Assembly (NCBI GenBank): GCA_964651255.1
Contig: CAZYWU010000002.1
Coordinates: 16,038 to 80,037, forward strand
Source: an uncultured Anaerolineales bacterium
GTDB taxonomy: Bacteria; Chloroflexota; Anaerolineae; UBA1429
DNA length: 64,000 bases
Direction of reading: 5' to 3'
Shown here: positions 46,551-57,009 of the stretch, one piece after another
Position numbering within the stretch: position 1 is the first letter of the stretch
Layout: each line of letters starts with the position of its first letter
Position numbers and translations under genes: made by a program
Notes under the pieces: generated by a model
Databases searched by the model: none
The model's input: only the letters and a program-made list of their open reading frames with translations
Told to the model about the DNA's origin: nothing

Positions 46551-47594
46551 TCAATCTGGAATGGCGACCAGATATCGGCCAGCCCCTGGCTCCCTTTGAT
46601 TGATCCGCCGCGCCAGCTCGCTTACCGACACGGTCTCCGAAATGAGATCACGCAGGGCCAGGCGCCCGCTGCCCCACGTGCGCGCAGCGATCTCCCAGTC
46701 GCCTCGCAACCAGCTGACGCAGTCGCATCGGCTCTCAGACTGATAGACATCTTCAACCTGGACGCTGTCCGGCTCTTCCGCCGTTGAGTTCCCATCTGGC
46801 ACCCCCAGTATGAGTATCCGTCCTTCTCTCGCGATGGTCTCTCGCGCCTTCTTGAGGCTGTGTGTGTCACCCGCTGTCACGATCGCGAGGTCGACACCCC
46901 GCCCCGCTCGCAGGGCCAGCACCTGTTCCGGAACCCGCCCACGCGATCCGTCGATGCGCTCCCCCAGCCACAGTTTGCGCACCAGCGCCAGTCCCGCGGG
47001 GTCCTGCCCTGCGACATAGACGTCATAGGCACCAGCCACCCTGACCCACTGTGACGCCAATACCATCTCGAGACCCGTGCCAAAAACTGCGACAGACTCG
47101 CCTATAGACACCCGCGCCTGGCGGACAGCCCTCAACACACCGGCGGCAGTCCCCACCAGGGTGGCCTCCTCCAGTGGCCGGCCCGGAACAAGCGGCACGA
47201 TGTTGCTCACTGGCACGGCCAGCATCTCTGCCAGCGCGCGAGGGGGCCGAAAACCTGCCCGTATGGCGCTGTGGCACGCGAGCGAATCACCGCGCAGACA
47301 TGCGGAGCACCTGCCGCACGCAACTACCGGCACAATCGCAACCGCCTGGCCTACCAGACTGCTTTGCTCGCCATCCACAGCCTGAACGACGCCCACCAGC
47401 GACAGACATTGATGTTCGATCGCCCCGTGCTGAAACGGCGCCTCGCCAGGCTGCAGATCGCTCAAGGCCAAAACGTCAAGCCCGGCAGCGACGACCCGTA
47501 CCATCGCATGGCCATCACTGCACGAGGGGTAACTGGCCGTGGCCTGCTTCAACTGGCCTTGAGCACCGCGCTCGAGCGTCCACATGCTCGCCAT
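46551..47594 (-). CDS. Zinc-dependent alcohol dehydrogenase (MDR family)
   Basis: GHAMVRVVAAGL, CGRCSAC structural-Zn motif, Rossmann VAVFGTGLEM. ATG at 47594 overlaps the upstream stop (TGATG). Confidence 0.75.
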   Translation of the reverse strand: MASMWTLERGAQGQLKQATASYPSCSDGHAMVRVVAAGLDVLALSDLQPGEAPFQHGAIEHQCLSLVGVVQAVDGEQSSLVGQAVAIVPVVACGRCSACLRGDSLACHSAIRAGFRPPRALAEMLAVPVSNIVPLVPGRPLEEATLVGTAAGVLRAVRQARVSIGESVAVFGTGLEMVLASQWVRVAGAYDVYVAGQDPAGLALVRKLWLGERIDGSRGRVPEQVLALRAGRGVDLAIVTAGDTHSLKKARETIAREGRILILGVPDGNSTAEEPDSVQVEDVYQSESRCDCVSWLRGDWEIAARTWGSGRLALRDLISETVSVSELARRINQREPGAGRYLVAIPD

Positions 47595-48535
47595 CAGGCG
47601 TGAGGCTCCTTGCTCCGAGCCTGTGCCCACTCGCCATCCGCTGGGAGCAGATTCCGCCAGAAGCGCGCCGAAGCAACGTTGTCGGGGATGACCTGCGACT
47701 CTTGTTCGTATCGCTCCCGGTGCAGAATCTCAAAGCCCAGCCAGATGTCCTCCCTGCCCTTGTTCGACAGGATCTCCAGCACGCGCCGGGCATCGACAAT
47801 GCCCTGGGCATTGTATTCGGGCGTAAAGGGCCAGTGGCGTGAGTGACCCGCCTCCGTCTGTTGCAGATGCACCAGCGGTGCATAGGCGCCAAGCGCCTCG
47901 AGCCAGGCATAGGGATCGCGCTCGATAGGATGCGGGGCATGACCTACGTCCAGGCACATGTAGACCGGAACCCCGGCGTGCGCGTTGACACGATCATAGA
48001 GGGTCTTTGCCTGTGAGATGGTGCAACCCATCTCCCGAGGCACGGACATCGGCTCAAAGTACAAATAGTCCAACCCGCGTTCACGTGCATAGAACGACAA
48101 CTCTTGCCAGAGACGAACAGCCTCGTCTACCCGGGCACGATAACGATCCACATGGCTGACATCGTGCATAGAGAGCACACCAAAATGGCTGCCCACGCTG
48201 TGCGCCCCAAGGGCAACGCCGAGATCGACAAACCGCCGGAAAAAGCCCAGCCAAAGCGCCCGCAGTTCGTCCTGTGGATACATCAGATGGTTGGTACGCG
48301 AGAATGTCCCCGTCATCAGGCTGTGCACGTGGATGTCGTACCTGGCAGTGGCCTCGCGCACGGCAGCGGTCTGCCTGGCCAGCACATCGTCCGGCCAGAA
48401 GGGATGCAACAGGTCAGAGACGAGTTGCACAGAGTGCAGACCCATCTGTTCTCCTACGAGTTGTGCCCAGACCTCTGGCTCGGGGAAGCGATTGATCGCA
48501 AAGCATAGATTGGTGCCGAGAGTGAAACGTGTCAT
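47594..48535 (-). CDS. Sugar phosphate isomerase/epimerase (xylose-isomerase-like TIM barrel)
   Basis: ~313 aa with conserved E/H/D metal ligands typical of AP-endonuclease-2 / IolE-like proteins (YFEPMS, LDVGH). Confidence 0.7.
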   Translation of the reverse strand: MTRFTLGTNLCFAINRFPEPEVWAQLVGEQMGLHSVQLVSDLLHPFWPDDVLARQTAAVREATARYDIHVHSLMTGTFSRTNHLMYPQDELRALWLGFFRRFVDLGVALGAHSVGSHFGVLSMHDVSHVDRYRARVDEAVRLWQELSFYARERGLDYLYFEPMSVPREMGCTISQAKTLYDRVNAHAGVPVYMCLDVGHAPHPIERDPYAWLEALGAYAPLVHLQQTEAGHSRHWPFTPEYNAQGIVDARRVLEILSNKGREDIWLGFEILHRERYEQESQVIPDNVASARFWRNLLPADGEWAQARSKEPHA

Positions 48536-48711
48536 GCAATCACCTGTCCGGTGGTAGTGCGTCCCTGCCGTCTACTATACACAAAGGTGGCGGACCGACA
48601 AGCGTTCAGACCATCGCCCTCCGGCAGGCCAGGTCAGCCAGTTGGTCAGCCACCGCTCTTGATTTATACTCGGAGTCAGGTCAAGTTCTAGCAAGGGAAC
48701 CGGAGGATGAT

Positions 48712-49914
48712 ATGCCTGGCAAAGTGAACCTGGTGGTTGGACAGTCGGGAGGCCCGACCGCGGTCATAAACAACAGCCTCGTTGGCGTGGTTCAACAGGC
48801 CCTTAGGGAAGACAGTATCGGCGGCATCTATGGCATGCTGCACGGCATTGCCGGTGTCCTCAATGAGGACTTCATCGATCTCAGGCGGGAGTCGTCAGCG
48901 ACGCTCGAACTGCTGCGCAACACCCCCGCCTCTGCGCTGGGCACCGTTCGCCGGAAGCTCACGCCCGATGATTATGACAAGCTTGTCGACGTCTTTGTCA
49001 AGTACGATATCGGCTATTTCCTCTATATCGGCGGCAATGACTCGATGGACACCGTTTACCAGGTCAGCCAGATGGCCAGGCAGCGAGGCGTAGAGCTGCG
49101 CGCGATCGGCGTGCCCAAGACGATCGACAATGATCTCGCTCAGACGGACCATAGCCCCGGGTTTGGCAGCGCCGCCCGCTTTGTGGCATCCGCCGTGCGG
49201 AACTCGGGAATCGATACCGAGTCCATGGGCCCCGACGGTCCAATCAAGCTGCTGGAGATCATGGGGCGAAACGCCGGATGGTTGACTGCCGCTGCAGCGC
49301 TAGCCAAAGAGACACAGTCAGATCCTCCGCACCTGATCTATCTGCCCGAACGCAAGATATCGCGCGAGCAGATCACTTCAGATGTGCGGGCGACGCTGGA
49401 TCGCTTTGGATATTGTGTCGCCGCGGTGAGCGAGGGCATCGTGGATGAAAACGGCGAGCCCTACGCCATGCCGACCGGCAAGGTCGATCCCTTCGGCCAC
49501 GAGGTCAAGCTGGGCGTGATTGAGACGGTTGCTGCTGTCATCGAGGACACCCTCAACATCCGCCCGCGTTTTGACAAGCCGAGCTATCTGCAGCGATCCT
49601 TTGCTGAGCTCATGTCCCCGGTGGACAAAGAGGAAGCCTATCGTGCGGGCGTCGAAGGGGTCAAAGCAGCGGTCGCAGGCGCCACCGGTCAGATGATCGC
49701 CTTCGAGCGTCTCGTCGGCCCCGAGTACGCCATCGCCTACCGCCTGCAGGATCTGGATCACATCGCCAATCAGGAAAAGATCGTCCCGGACGAATACATA
49801 AACGAGGCAGGCAACGGCGTAACCGAGGCCTTTCTCGCTTACGCCCGCCCCCTGATCGGCGGCCCCCTGCCGCCGTATGCGCGCCTGGCCAAGTATCCCG
49901 TTCCGCGCCGGTAA
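48712..49914 (+). CDS. 6-phosphofructokinase (PFK-A family, likely PPi-dependent)
   Basis: VNLVVGQSGGPTAVINNSLVGVV, YFLYIGGNDSMDT, GVPKTIDNDL motifs. GGAGG RBS before the ATG at 48712. Confidence 0.85.
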   Translation: MPGKVNLVVGQSGGPTAVINNSLVGVVQQALREDSIGGIYGMLHGIAGVLNEDFIDLRRESSATLELLRNTPASALGTVRRKLTPDDYDKLVDVFVKYDIGYFLYIGGNDSMDTVYQVSQMARQRGVELRAIGVPKTIDNDLAQTDHSPGFGSAARFVASAVRNSGIDTESMGPDGPIKLLEIMGRNAGWLTAAAALAKETQSDPPHLIYLPERKISREQITSDVRATLDRFGYCVAAVSEGIVDENGEPYAMPTGKVDPFGHEVKLGVIETVAAVIEDTLNIRPRFDKPSYLQRSFAELMSPVDKEEAYRAGVEGVKAAVAGATGQMIAFERLVGPEYAIAYRLQDLDHIANQEKIVPDEYINEAGNGVTEAFLAYARPLIGGPLPPYARLAKYPVPRR

Positions 49915-49932
49915 CGGTCACTGCTCGAGAAT

Positions 49933-49970
49933 GGGGCGCACTACCCAAACCAGGGAGTGCGCCCCTTTTC
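49933..49970 (+). terminator. Rho-independent terminator GGGGCGCACT-13nt-AGTGCGCCCC-TTTT after the pfk gene
   Basis: 10-bp perfect stem followed by a T4 run, 20 nt after the stop. Confidence 0.6.
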
Positions 49971-50109
49971 ATGCGGCTACAGCCTGACCGCAAAGCAGGT
50001 TGCAGCAGACACGGCAAAATGCTAGCATTGTATCGGTAGCAGCATGCGCCGCGCACAGTGATCACTCGCTACGGGGCACAGCTTGCCCCGCAGAAAGGAA
50101 GGCGTGCGA

Positions 50110-51342
50110 ATGGATGATGTCAAATATCTTATCGTTGGCGGCGGCCTCGCGGCAGCGCGAGCCTGTGAAGGCATTCGCGAGTTGGATGCCAGCGGATCGA
50201 TCGCGATTATCACCGCTGAACCGCATATCCCCTATCACCGTCCCCCGCTGTCCAAGGCCTATTTGCGCGGCGAGCGGCCGCTCTCCAAAGTATACGTGCA
50301 GCCAGAATCGTATTACCGCGATCACAACATCGTGGTCTACACGAATGCGGTAGCGACCAGGATCACCCGTCGCAGCAGACGCGTCACGCTGGCCGACGGC
50401 CAGAGCATCGGCTATGAGGAGATGCTGCTGGCCACCGGTGGCCGAGCGTGGCGCTTGCCCCTTTCCGGAGCCGATCTCCCAGGCGTTTTCACGCTGCGCA
50501 CCCTCGATGACTGCGACGCTATCCGGCAGGCTGCCCGTGCAGCCAAACACGTGCTGGTCATCGGCGGCAGCTTTATCGGCTGCGAGGTGGCCGCTTCGCT
50601 GTCTCAAATGGGTGTACCGGTGACGGTATGCTTCCTCGAAGATTACCCCCTGCAGGCAGTCGTTCCCGAGGAGCTGGGCAGACACGTGCAGACACTGCTC
50701 GAGGAACGTGGGGTTACTGTGATCGCTGACACGCGCCCCGAACGGATCGAGGGCACAGAGCGAGCAGAGCGGGTACGCCTTGAGAATGACCAGATCGTCG
50801 AGGCGGATGTCGTCATTATGGGGGTGGGGATCCGGCTCAACACACAGATCGCCCGCGACGCGGAACTGGACCTCACCGAACTCAGTGGCGTGGTCGTCGA
50901 TGAGCATCTGCGCACCAGCGATCCGCACATCTACGCCGCGGGCGACATCGCTGCGTGGCCAGATCCAACGAGCGGTGAGCGCACGCGTGTGGAACACTGG
51001 GATGTGGCCTACAACCAGGGTTACCGCGCCGGTCGCAACATGGCAGGCGCCGGTGAGGCCTACAATACGCTGCCCTACTTTTTCTCCGACATCCTGGAGC
51101 TGAGCTTTGAGGCCTGGGGCAACCTCAACCGACCCGACCGTGTTATCACACGCGGCTCGCTACTGGGCGATGCTGTGACCTACTGGTATATACGCGCTGG
51201 CAGGATCGCGGGAGCGCTGGCCATCGGCCTGCCCGACGCCGAGCGGGAACCGACGCAGGCCTTGATCTCTGCCCGAACACAGGTGCAGTCCATCGAGACC
51301 GCGCTGGCGGATGCCAGCACCGATCTCGCAACGCTCCTGTAA
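50110..51342 (+). CDS. FAD-dependent pyridine nucleotide-disulfide oxidoreductase (ferredoxin/rubredoxin reductase or AIF-like)
   Basis: YLIVGGGLAAARA FAD GxGxxA, second Rossmann VLVIGGSFIGCEVAAS, AAGDIA motif. Confidence 0.8.
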   Translation: MDDVKYLIVGGGLAAARACEGIRELDASGSIAIITAEPHIPYHRPPLSKAYLRGERPLSKVYVQPESYYRDHNIVVYTNAVATRITRRSRRVTLADGQSIGYEEMLLATGGRAWRLPLSGADLPGVFTLRTLDDCDAIRQAARAAKHVLVIGGSFIGCEVAASLSQMGVPVTVCFLEDYPLQAVVPEELGRHVQTLLEERGVTVIADTRPERIEGTERAERVRLENDQIVEADVVIMGVGIRLNTQIARDAELDLTELSGVVVDEHLRTSDPHIYAAGDIAAWPDPTSGERTRVEHWDVAYNQGYRAGRNMAGAGEAYNTLPYFFSDILELSFEAWGNLNRPDRVITRGSLLGDAVTYWYIRAGRIAGALAIGLPDAEREPTQALISARTQVQSIETALADASTDLATLL

Positions 51343-51356
51343 GAAAACAAACAAGA

Positions 51357-52580
51357 GTGGGTAGTGCCTTGAATACACGCCTGGCAATCGATGGCGGCAC
51401 TCCGGTGCGCACGAGGCCCTGGCCGGCATGGCCCGTGTGGGATGAGCGCGAGGAAAAGGCTCTGGCCGAGACGCTTCGTTCGGGTGTCTGGTGGGCCCCG
51501 CCCGGCACGCAGGTACAGGCGCTGGAACGCGAATTCGCCGCCTACCACGAGGCACGCCATGGCATTGCCTGCACCAACGGCAGTGCGGCGCTGGAGATAG
51601 CCCTGCGTGCCGCGGGAGTCGACTGGGGCGACGAGGTCATCACCACACCCTACACGTTCATCGCAACGGCCAGCGCCTGCCTGCTGGTGGGGGCGATACC
51701 ACGCTTTGCCGATGTCCTGCCAGACACCTGGAACATCGATCCTGCACAGGTAGAACGCCTGATCACCCCCCGTACGCGTGCCATCCTGCCGGTACATATC
51801 GCCGGCGAGCCCGCCGACATGGATGCGCTGCGCGCTATCGCCGCCAGGCACGGCCTGACCCTGATCGAAGATGCGGCTCAGGCCCACGGGGCGACCTGGC
51901 GCGGCGCCAAGGTCGGCGCGCTGGCCGATATGGGGACGTTCTCCTTCCAGGCCAGCAAGAATATGAACGCCGGCGAGGGCGGCATGATCCTCACCAACGA
52001 CGACGATCTCGCCGAACGCTGCTGGTCCGTGGTGAATGTGGGTCGCCAGCGCGAGGGGGCGTTCTACCAGCACACGGGACTGGCGAGCAACTATCGCATG
52101 GTCGAGTGGATCGGGGCCGTGCTGCGTGTCCAACTCACCCGGTTGGAGGAGCAGTCTGAGCGCCGCTCCGCGAATGCGGCATACCTGTTTGGTGCTCTCA
52201 GCGATGTTCCGGGGCTGGCTCCCGTTACCGGGGATCCGCGCGTCACCCGGTGCGCGCATCATCTCGTGCGGCTGTGGTACGATCCCAACGCGTTCGGCGG
52301 CCGCACACCAGGCGAGTTCATGCGAGCCATGGAAGCAGAGGGCGTGCCGCTACGAGACGGCTACCCAATGCCGCTGAGCAGGCAGCCAGTTGTCCTGGCC
52401 CGCATCGCGTTCATCCGCGAGCGCCTGGGAAGAGCCCAGGAGCCTCCCGATGTCTGCCCCGTATGCGAAGAGATCTGCCAGCGAGGACTCTGGCTGGCTC
52501 AGTCTTTGCTGCTCGGCGACCGCGCTGATATGGACGACATCGCCCGCGCGGCCGCGCGAATTCAGTCAGCCTGGTCTTGA
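51357..52580 (+). CDS. DegT/DnrJ/EryC1/StrS-family PLP-dependent sugar aminotransferase
   Basis: LAIDGGTPVR, CTNGSAALEIAL, FSFQASKNMNAGEGG (PLP Lys) signature. GTG start at 51357 or TTG at 51369. Confidence 0.85.
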   Translation: MGSALNTRLAIDGGTPVRTRPWPAWPVWDEREEKALAETLRSGVWWAPPGTQVQALEREFAAYHEARHGIACTNGSAALEIALRAAGVDWGDEVITTPYTFIATASACLLVGAIPRFADVLPDTWNIDPAQVERLITPRTRAILPVHIAGEPADMDALRAIAARHGLTLIEDAAQAHGATWRGAKVGALADMGTFSFQASKNMNAGEGGMILTNDDDLAERCWSVVNVGRQREGAFYQHTGLASNYRMVEWIGAVLRVQLTRLEEQSERRSANAAYLFGALSDVPGLAPVTGDPRVTRCAHHLVRLWYDPNAFGGRTPGEFMRAMEAEGVPLRDGYPMPLSRQPVVLARIAFIRERLGRAQEPPDVCPVCEEICQRGLWLAQSLLLGDRADMDDIARAAARIQSAWS

Positions 52581-52645
52581 CAAACCGGGGATGCCGCAGG
52601 ACATCCCGGGTCGATCGTCGTATTTCCTCTACCTGTGCTGCGGGC

Positions 52646-53182
52646 TCACGCGGAGACGCTCTCGCCGCAGCGAGGACAGAACCTGGCTCCCGGACGCAGA
52701 CTTGCCCCGCAGTTGGCGCAAAACCGCGGCTCTTCCGTAGGTGGTTGCGGTGCCGGGGCGCCACAGTAAGGACAAAAGGTGCCGTTAGGCGGTATTGGCC
52801 GGCCACACTGGGCGCAGTTGCGCGCCTCGCTTCCTGCACCCTGCTCCAGTGTCGCCTCCAGGCGAGCCAACTCTTCGCGCTGTTGGGCCACGGCGGCTTC
52901 CAACTCGACGATGTGCTCGCACAACGGCGTCAACTCGGGAGCAGTCATCCGCCCCGTTCGATGCAGGCCGACAGCCTGGACGCCCACCGCGGTGATCATC
53001 TCATTTATCTGCGCATCCAGCTGTTTCAGATCCGCGCGCGCCTTGTGGATGGCCCTCCGCCGGTCGGACTCGGCCATCTGCTTCCGCAGCCCCTCGACCG
53101 TGGACCGCAGTCCCCCTGCGCTGTTGATGCTGTCGATCAGGTCCTGGGCGCGCCTGCGAAAAGACCCCAGAATATCGCTCAT
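52646..53182 (-). CDS. Coiled-coil protein with C-terminal double zinc ribbon
   Basis: CAQCGRPIPPNGTFCPYCG...FCANCGASLRPGARFCPRCG. Confidence 0.5.
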   Translation of the reverse strand: MSDILGSFRRRAQDLIDSINSAGGLRSTVEGLRKQMAESDRRRAIHKARADLKQLDAQINEMITAVGVQAVGLHRTGRMTAPELTPLCEHIVELEAAVAQQREELARLEATLEQGAGSEARNCAQCGRPIPPNGTFCPYCGAPAPQPPTEEPRFCANCGASLRPGARFCPRCGESVSA

Positions 53183-53250
53183 GGGTTCTGCTCCTGTTGT
53201 CTTGTCAGTTCACACCCTATATACGCAGGAGCGCCAGGCCGGTAGCGACA

Positions 53251-54084
53251 TCAACCCGCAAAGATCTGCTTGCCGCCGTCGACTCTCAAGACCTGCCCCG
53301 TGATGTACGACGCTGCATCGGAAACCAGAAAGCCTACCGCCCGCGCGATCTCCAGCGGCGCGCCATAGCGCACCAGCGTCCCGTCGCTCACCAGCATCTC
53401 ATCGTCGATCTCGCGACTGGCGGTGAACCGGCGTGTGACAGTGTCACCGGGGGCGATGGCGTTGACATGCACATTGTCCGGGCGCATCTGCGCGGCCAGG
53501 CAACGGGTGTATTCGTGCACTCCGGCCTTGGCCGTCGAGTAGATTGCCGACTGAGGATTGCCAAACATACCCGCGATACTGCCGATATTGACGATCCATC
53601 CTTGCTTGCGCGCCTGCATCTCGGGCGCAACCTCTCGACACACCAGCAGACAGGTCATCAGGTTGCGGTCGAGCACCGCTTTCAGATCTGCCAGCGAGAT
53701 GTGGATCGCGTCGTTGCCCTCGGGCTTGCCGCCCCACGGAGCCGAGGTGCCCTGGGCCCCCACATCGCCTCCAGCGCAGTTGACCAGGATATCGATGCGA
53801 CCAAATCGTTGGCGGATCTCGCCCACAATCCTGGTCACCTCCTCAGGATCGGCGAGGTTGCCCGCCACAGGCAGGACCTGGGCGCCCGTGGCATCGCTGA
53901 TCTGCTCGGCCACCTGATAGAGGCTATCCGCCTCCCCAAACGCCTGCGCTGAAGTAAACGACGTCCCGTGAACGGCCACATGCGCTCCCAGTGAGGCCAG
54001 ATGCTCGGCGATAACGCGGCCAATGCCGCGCGACGAGCCCGTCACAAAGGCTACCCGGCCCTTCAGTGTCCCTGATTCGCACAT
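53251..54084 (-). CDS. SDR-family oxidoreductase (FabG-like)
   Basis: VAFVTGSSRGIGRVIA TGxxxGIG and catalytic YxxxK region. Confidence 0.85.
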   Translation of the reverse strand: MCESGTLKGRVAFVTGSSRGIGRVIAEHLASLGAHVAVHGTSFTSAQAFGEADSLYQVAEQISDATGAQVLPVAGNLADPEEVTRIVGEIRQRFGRIDILVNCAGGDVGAQGTSAPWGGKPEGNDAIHISLADLKAVLDRNLMTCLLVCREVAPEMQARKQGWIVNIGSIAGMFGNPQSAIYSTAKAGVHEYTRCLAAQMRPDNVHVNAIAPGDTVTRRFTASREIDDEMLVSDGTLVRYGAPLEIARAVGFLVSDAASYITGQVLRVDGGKQIFAG

Positions 54085-55001
54085 TTCTCACCTCCGACAA
54101 GCTCGGCCAGCACTCCGGCATGTGCCAGGGCCGGCCCCCGTATCCAGTTAACCGACAGCCCGCTCACGATCTCTCCGCGATTCGCCAGCCGCGCAATCAC
54201 ACGCTCCCATTCCCACGGTTCCCAGCGAAAGAGGCGCTCGCAGGCAGAAGCACTCTCCAGACCCACGTTGTACAGGTACCGCAGCAGAAGCGTCTCCATG
54301 GCCTGATCGGTCGAGACTGCCCGTGCCCGATCAGGCACGTCGGGGAACTGCCGGGTAAACAGATCATAGACATAGGCATAGCCCCAGCGACTCACGTCGG
54401 AGATCCCCACTTTGACGATCTTGAGCTGCATCTGCAGTTCGGTCAAGGCGGCATCAAAGCGGCGGGCGACCGCCCCACCACCCGCCAAACCCGCCTCCTT
54501 CCTCAGAAAAGTGGTCGCCAGGGCGCCCTGATTCAGCAGCACCTCATAGACTCTGCGTGCCTCGACTGACAAGAGCCCGGCCTCGTACTGCTCGAGATAG
54601 TCGAGCGGGTCCCCATAGTTCGGCGATAGCGCGTAAAGGGCCGGCAGAAGGTCCAGCGAAACCAGCGTCGGCTTGGCTCGCAGCAGCTTGCCATAGTAGA
54701 TCTCTTTGCGAGCCGGGAGGGTATCCTTCCAGGTCCAGACGCGTCCCAGATCATCGTCGTTGTGATGCTCGGGCACGGGACGGTTCGATCCGGCGACGGC
54801 GCCCCACAGGGTGGGCATCTCGACGCCCCGCGCTCCAAACAGAAACGCCAGTCCTACCTGATCGACAAACTCGCGGGCCTCAGCTTCGGTACGTACCCTG
54901 CGTTGCGGTATCCGGCGATAGCGCCAGTCACGCCAACTTTGGACTTGCGCCTCCGACGGCAGCGCTGTGCCTGGGATAAGCCCAGTCTCAATCGAACACA
55001 T
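54063..55001 (-). CDS. Winged-helix DNA-binding protein, YcaQ/AlkZ-like (DUF1006)
   Basis: Family assignment from overall pattern (W/Y-rich helical protein ~310 aa); no diagnostic motif verified. Confidence 0.4.
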   Translation of the reverse strand: MCSIETGLIPGTALPSEAQVQSWRDWRYRRIPQRRVRTEAEAREFVDQVGLAFLFGARGVEMPTLWGAVAGSNRPVPEHHNDDDLGRVWTWKDTLPARKEIYYGKLLRAKPTLVSLDLLPALYALSPNYGDPLDYLEQYEAGLLSVEARRVYEVLLNQGALATTFLRKEAGLAGGGAVARRFDAALTELQMQLKIVKVGISDVSRWGYAYVYDLFTRQFPDVPDRARAVSTDQAMETLLLRYLYNVGLESASACERLFRWEPWEWERVIARLANRGEIVSGLSVNWIRGPALAHAGVLAELVGGEKCANQGH

Positions 55002-55008
55002 CCTTGAA

Positions 55009-56205
55009 TCAGCGCCCCAGCCTGGATTTCAACGCCCGGGTTAACGCGGGGACCACCTGCAGGCAATCGCCCACGATGCCATAGTCGGCAATGCCAAAGA
55101 TCGGCGCGTGCGGATCGCTGTTGATCGCGACGATCACGCGTGAGGTGGACATGCCTGCGCGGTGCTGTATCGCGCCGGAGATGCCGCAGGCGATGTACAG
55201 CTCAGGGCGCACAGTGCGTCCTGTCTGGCCAACCTGGTGGGCATACGGGATCCACCCCGCGTCCACGGCGGCGCGGGATGCGCCCACAGCGCCGCCCAGC
55301 ACATCCGCCAGCTCACGCAATGGGGCAAACCCATCGGGACCGCCCACGCCCGCCCCGCCGGCAACGATGATGCGCGCATCCGCGAGATTCACCTGCTCCC
55401 CAACCCGCACAAAGGAGAGCACGGTCGATGCCAGGGATTCGGGGGGAAGCACGACCTCGACGGCGATGATATCACCGCGTCTGGATGGGTCGGGCTCGGG
55501 CACGTCAAAAACCCGATGTCGCACCGTGGCCATCTGCGGGCGGTGTCCCGGCGTCGTGATCGTGGCCATGATGTTCCCGCCGTAGGCCGGTCTCGTCTGC
55601 AGCAACAGTCTTGTTTGCGGATCGATCTCCAGTCCCGTGCAATCAGCGGTGAGCCCTGTGTGCAGCGATGTGGCCACGGAGCCCGCAAGGTCACGGCCGC
55701 GTGAACTGGCGCCCAGAAGGAGAATCTCGGGCCGCTCCTTCTCGATCAGTTGCCTGAGCGTCAGTGCATAGGCCTCAGTGCGAAACATGGCCAGCTCCGG
55801 GTCATCGACGAGCAGGACGCGATCGGCGCCATAGGCGATCGCCTCCGGCGCTATCTCACCAACGCCAGCTCCCAGCACGCACGCGGTGAGAGGCACGCGG
55901 AGCGCATCGGCCAGGAGACGGCCCTGGCCCATCATCTCCCACGATATGCTATGGGCCTTGCCGTCAGCCTGCTCCACCCACACCCACACGCCCCGCGCGT
56001 CGCCCGGTGCAGCCACAGCCCGTGAAGCAGGCAGACTCAGCGCCTCGACCGGGCAGACATCGAGACAGGCGCTACAGGCGGTGCATCGCTCATCGACGAC
56101 GGCCACGCCCGCCTCCATACGCAGCGCCCCAAAGGGACAGGTCGCGACGCAGGCCGCGCAACCGATACAGAGATCCGTGTCGATAATCAGCAATCCGCCG
56201 GTCAT
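55009..56205 (-). CDS. etfA: Electron transfer flavoprotein alpha subunit with N-terminal 2x[4Fe-4S] ferredoxin domain
   Basis: CIGCAACVATCPFGAL...CTACSACLDVCP ferredoxin domain, then ETF-alpha FAD-binding region (RPELYIACGISGAIQHRAGM). Confidence 0.85.
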   Translation of the reverse strand: MTGGLLIIDTDLCIGCAACVATCPFGALRMEAGVAVVDERCTACSACLDVCPVEALSLPASRAVAAPGDARGVWVWVEQADGKAHSISWEMMGQGRLLADALRVPLTACVLGAGVGEIAPEAIAYGADRVLLVDDPELAMFRTEAYALTLRQLIEKERPEILLLGASSRGRDLAGSVATSLHTGLTADCTGLEIDPQTRLLLQTRPAYGGNIMATITTPGHRPQMATVRHRVFDVPEPDPSRRGDIIAVEVVLPPESLASTVLSFVRVGEQVNLADARIIVAGGAGVGGPDGFAPLRELADVLGGAVGASRAAVDAGWIPYAHQVGQTGRTVRPELYIACGISGAIQHRAGMSTSRVIVAINSDPHAPIFGIADYGIVGDCLQVVPALTRALKSRLGR

Positions 56206-56208
56206 AGC

Positions 56209-57009
56209 CTACACAACCTTGTCTGCGATGAGCTGGTCGGCCAGTGCCGCAGCAGCGTCATCCAGTTCCTCGGCATCGAACAAACGCACGCCCTCGGCGC
56301 GGACTGGCGGGGTAAAGATGCGCACCACCCTGGTGGGTGAGCCATTGAGGCCAACCAGTGCCGGGTCCAGATCCGGCAGTTCAGCGGGGCCCCAGACCTC
56401 GAGCTCGGTCATGCGGGCGCGCCGCAGACCTCGCCTGGTGGGATAGCGCGGCGTGTTGATGCCCTTTAGCACGGTCACTACGGCTGGCAGCGGAGCCGAG
56501 ACAATCTCGGTGCCCTCCTCCAATAGCCGTTCAACGACGATGCGAGCGGCCGCGAGATCGATCTCGCGAATGCGCCAGACATAGGTGAGGGGGGCCATGC
56601 CGAGTTGATTCGCAATCCCTGGACCCACCTGCCCTGTATCACCGTCCATGGCCTGTTTTCCGCACAGCACAAGGTCGGCGCCGCCGAGCGCGCGAATCGC
56701 TGCGGACAGCGTATAGGCCGTAGCCCAGGTGTCTGCCCCGGCGAACGCCCTGGCGCTGAGCAAGACGGCCCTGCCGCAACCCATGCCCAGTGCTTCACGC
56801 AGCTCCCTTTCAGCCTGCGGCGGGCCCATGCTCAAGACGGTGACTGACCCGCCATGGGCCTCCACAAGGCGAAGCCCCTCCTCGATTGCGTACATGTCAA
56901 AGGGGTTGATTATCGTCCCCAACCCCTCACGGAGCATTGTTCCGGTGGCGGGATCAAACTGGACCGCTGTCGTCTCCGGAACTGACTTGATACATACGAT
57001 GATGCGCAC
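56209..57009 (-). CDS. etfB: Electron transfer flavoprotein beta subunit
   Basis: MRIIVCIKSVPETTAVQFDPATGTMLREG...NPFDMYAIEEGLRL canonical EtfB N-terminus. Confidence 0.9.
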   Translation of the reverse strand: MRIIVCIKSVPETTAVQFDPATGTMLREGLGTIINPFDMYAIEEGLRLVEAHGGSVTVLSMGPPQAERELREALGMGCGRAVLLSARAFAGADTWATAYTLSAAIRALGGADLVLCGKQAMDGDTGQVGPGIANQLGMAPLTYVWRIREIDLAAARIVVERLLEEGTEIVSAPLPAVVTVLKGINTPRYPTRRGLRRARMTELEVWGPAELPDLDPALVGLNGSPTRVVRIFTPPVRAEGVRLFDAEELDDAAAALADQLIADKVV

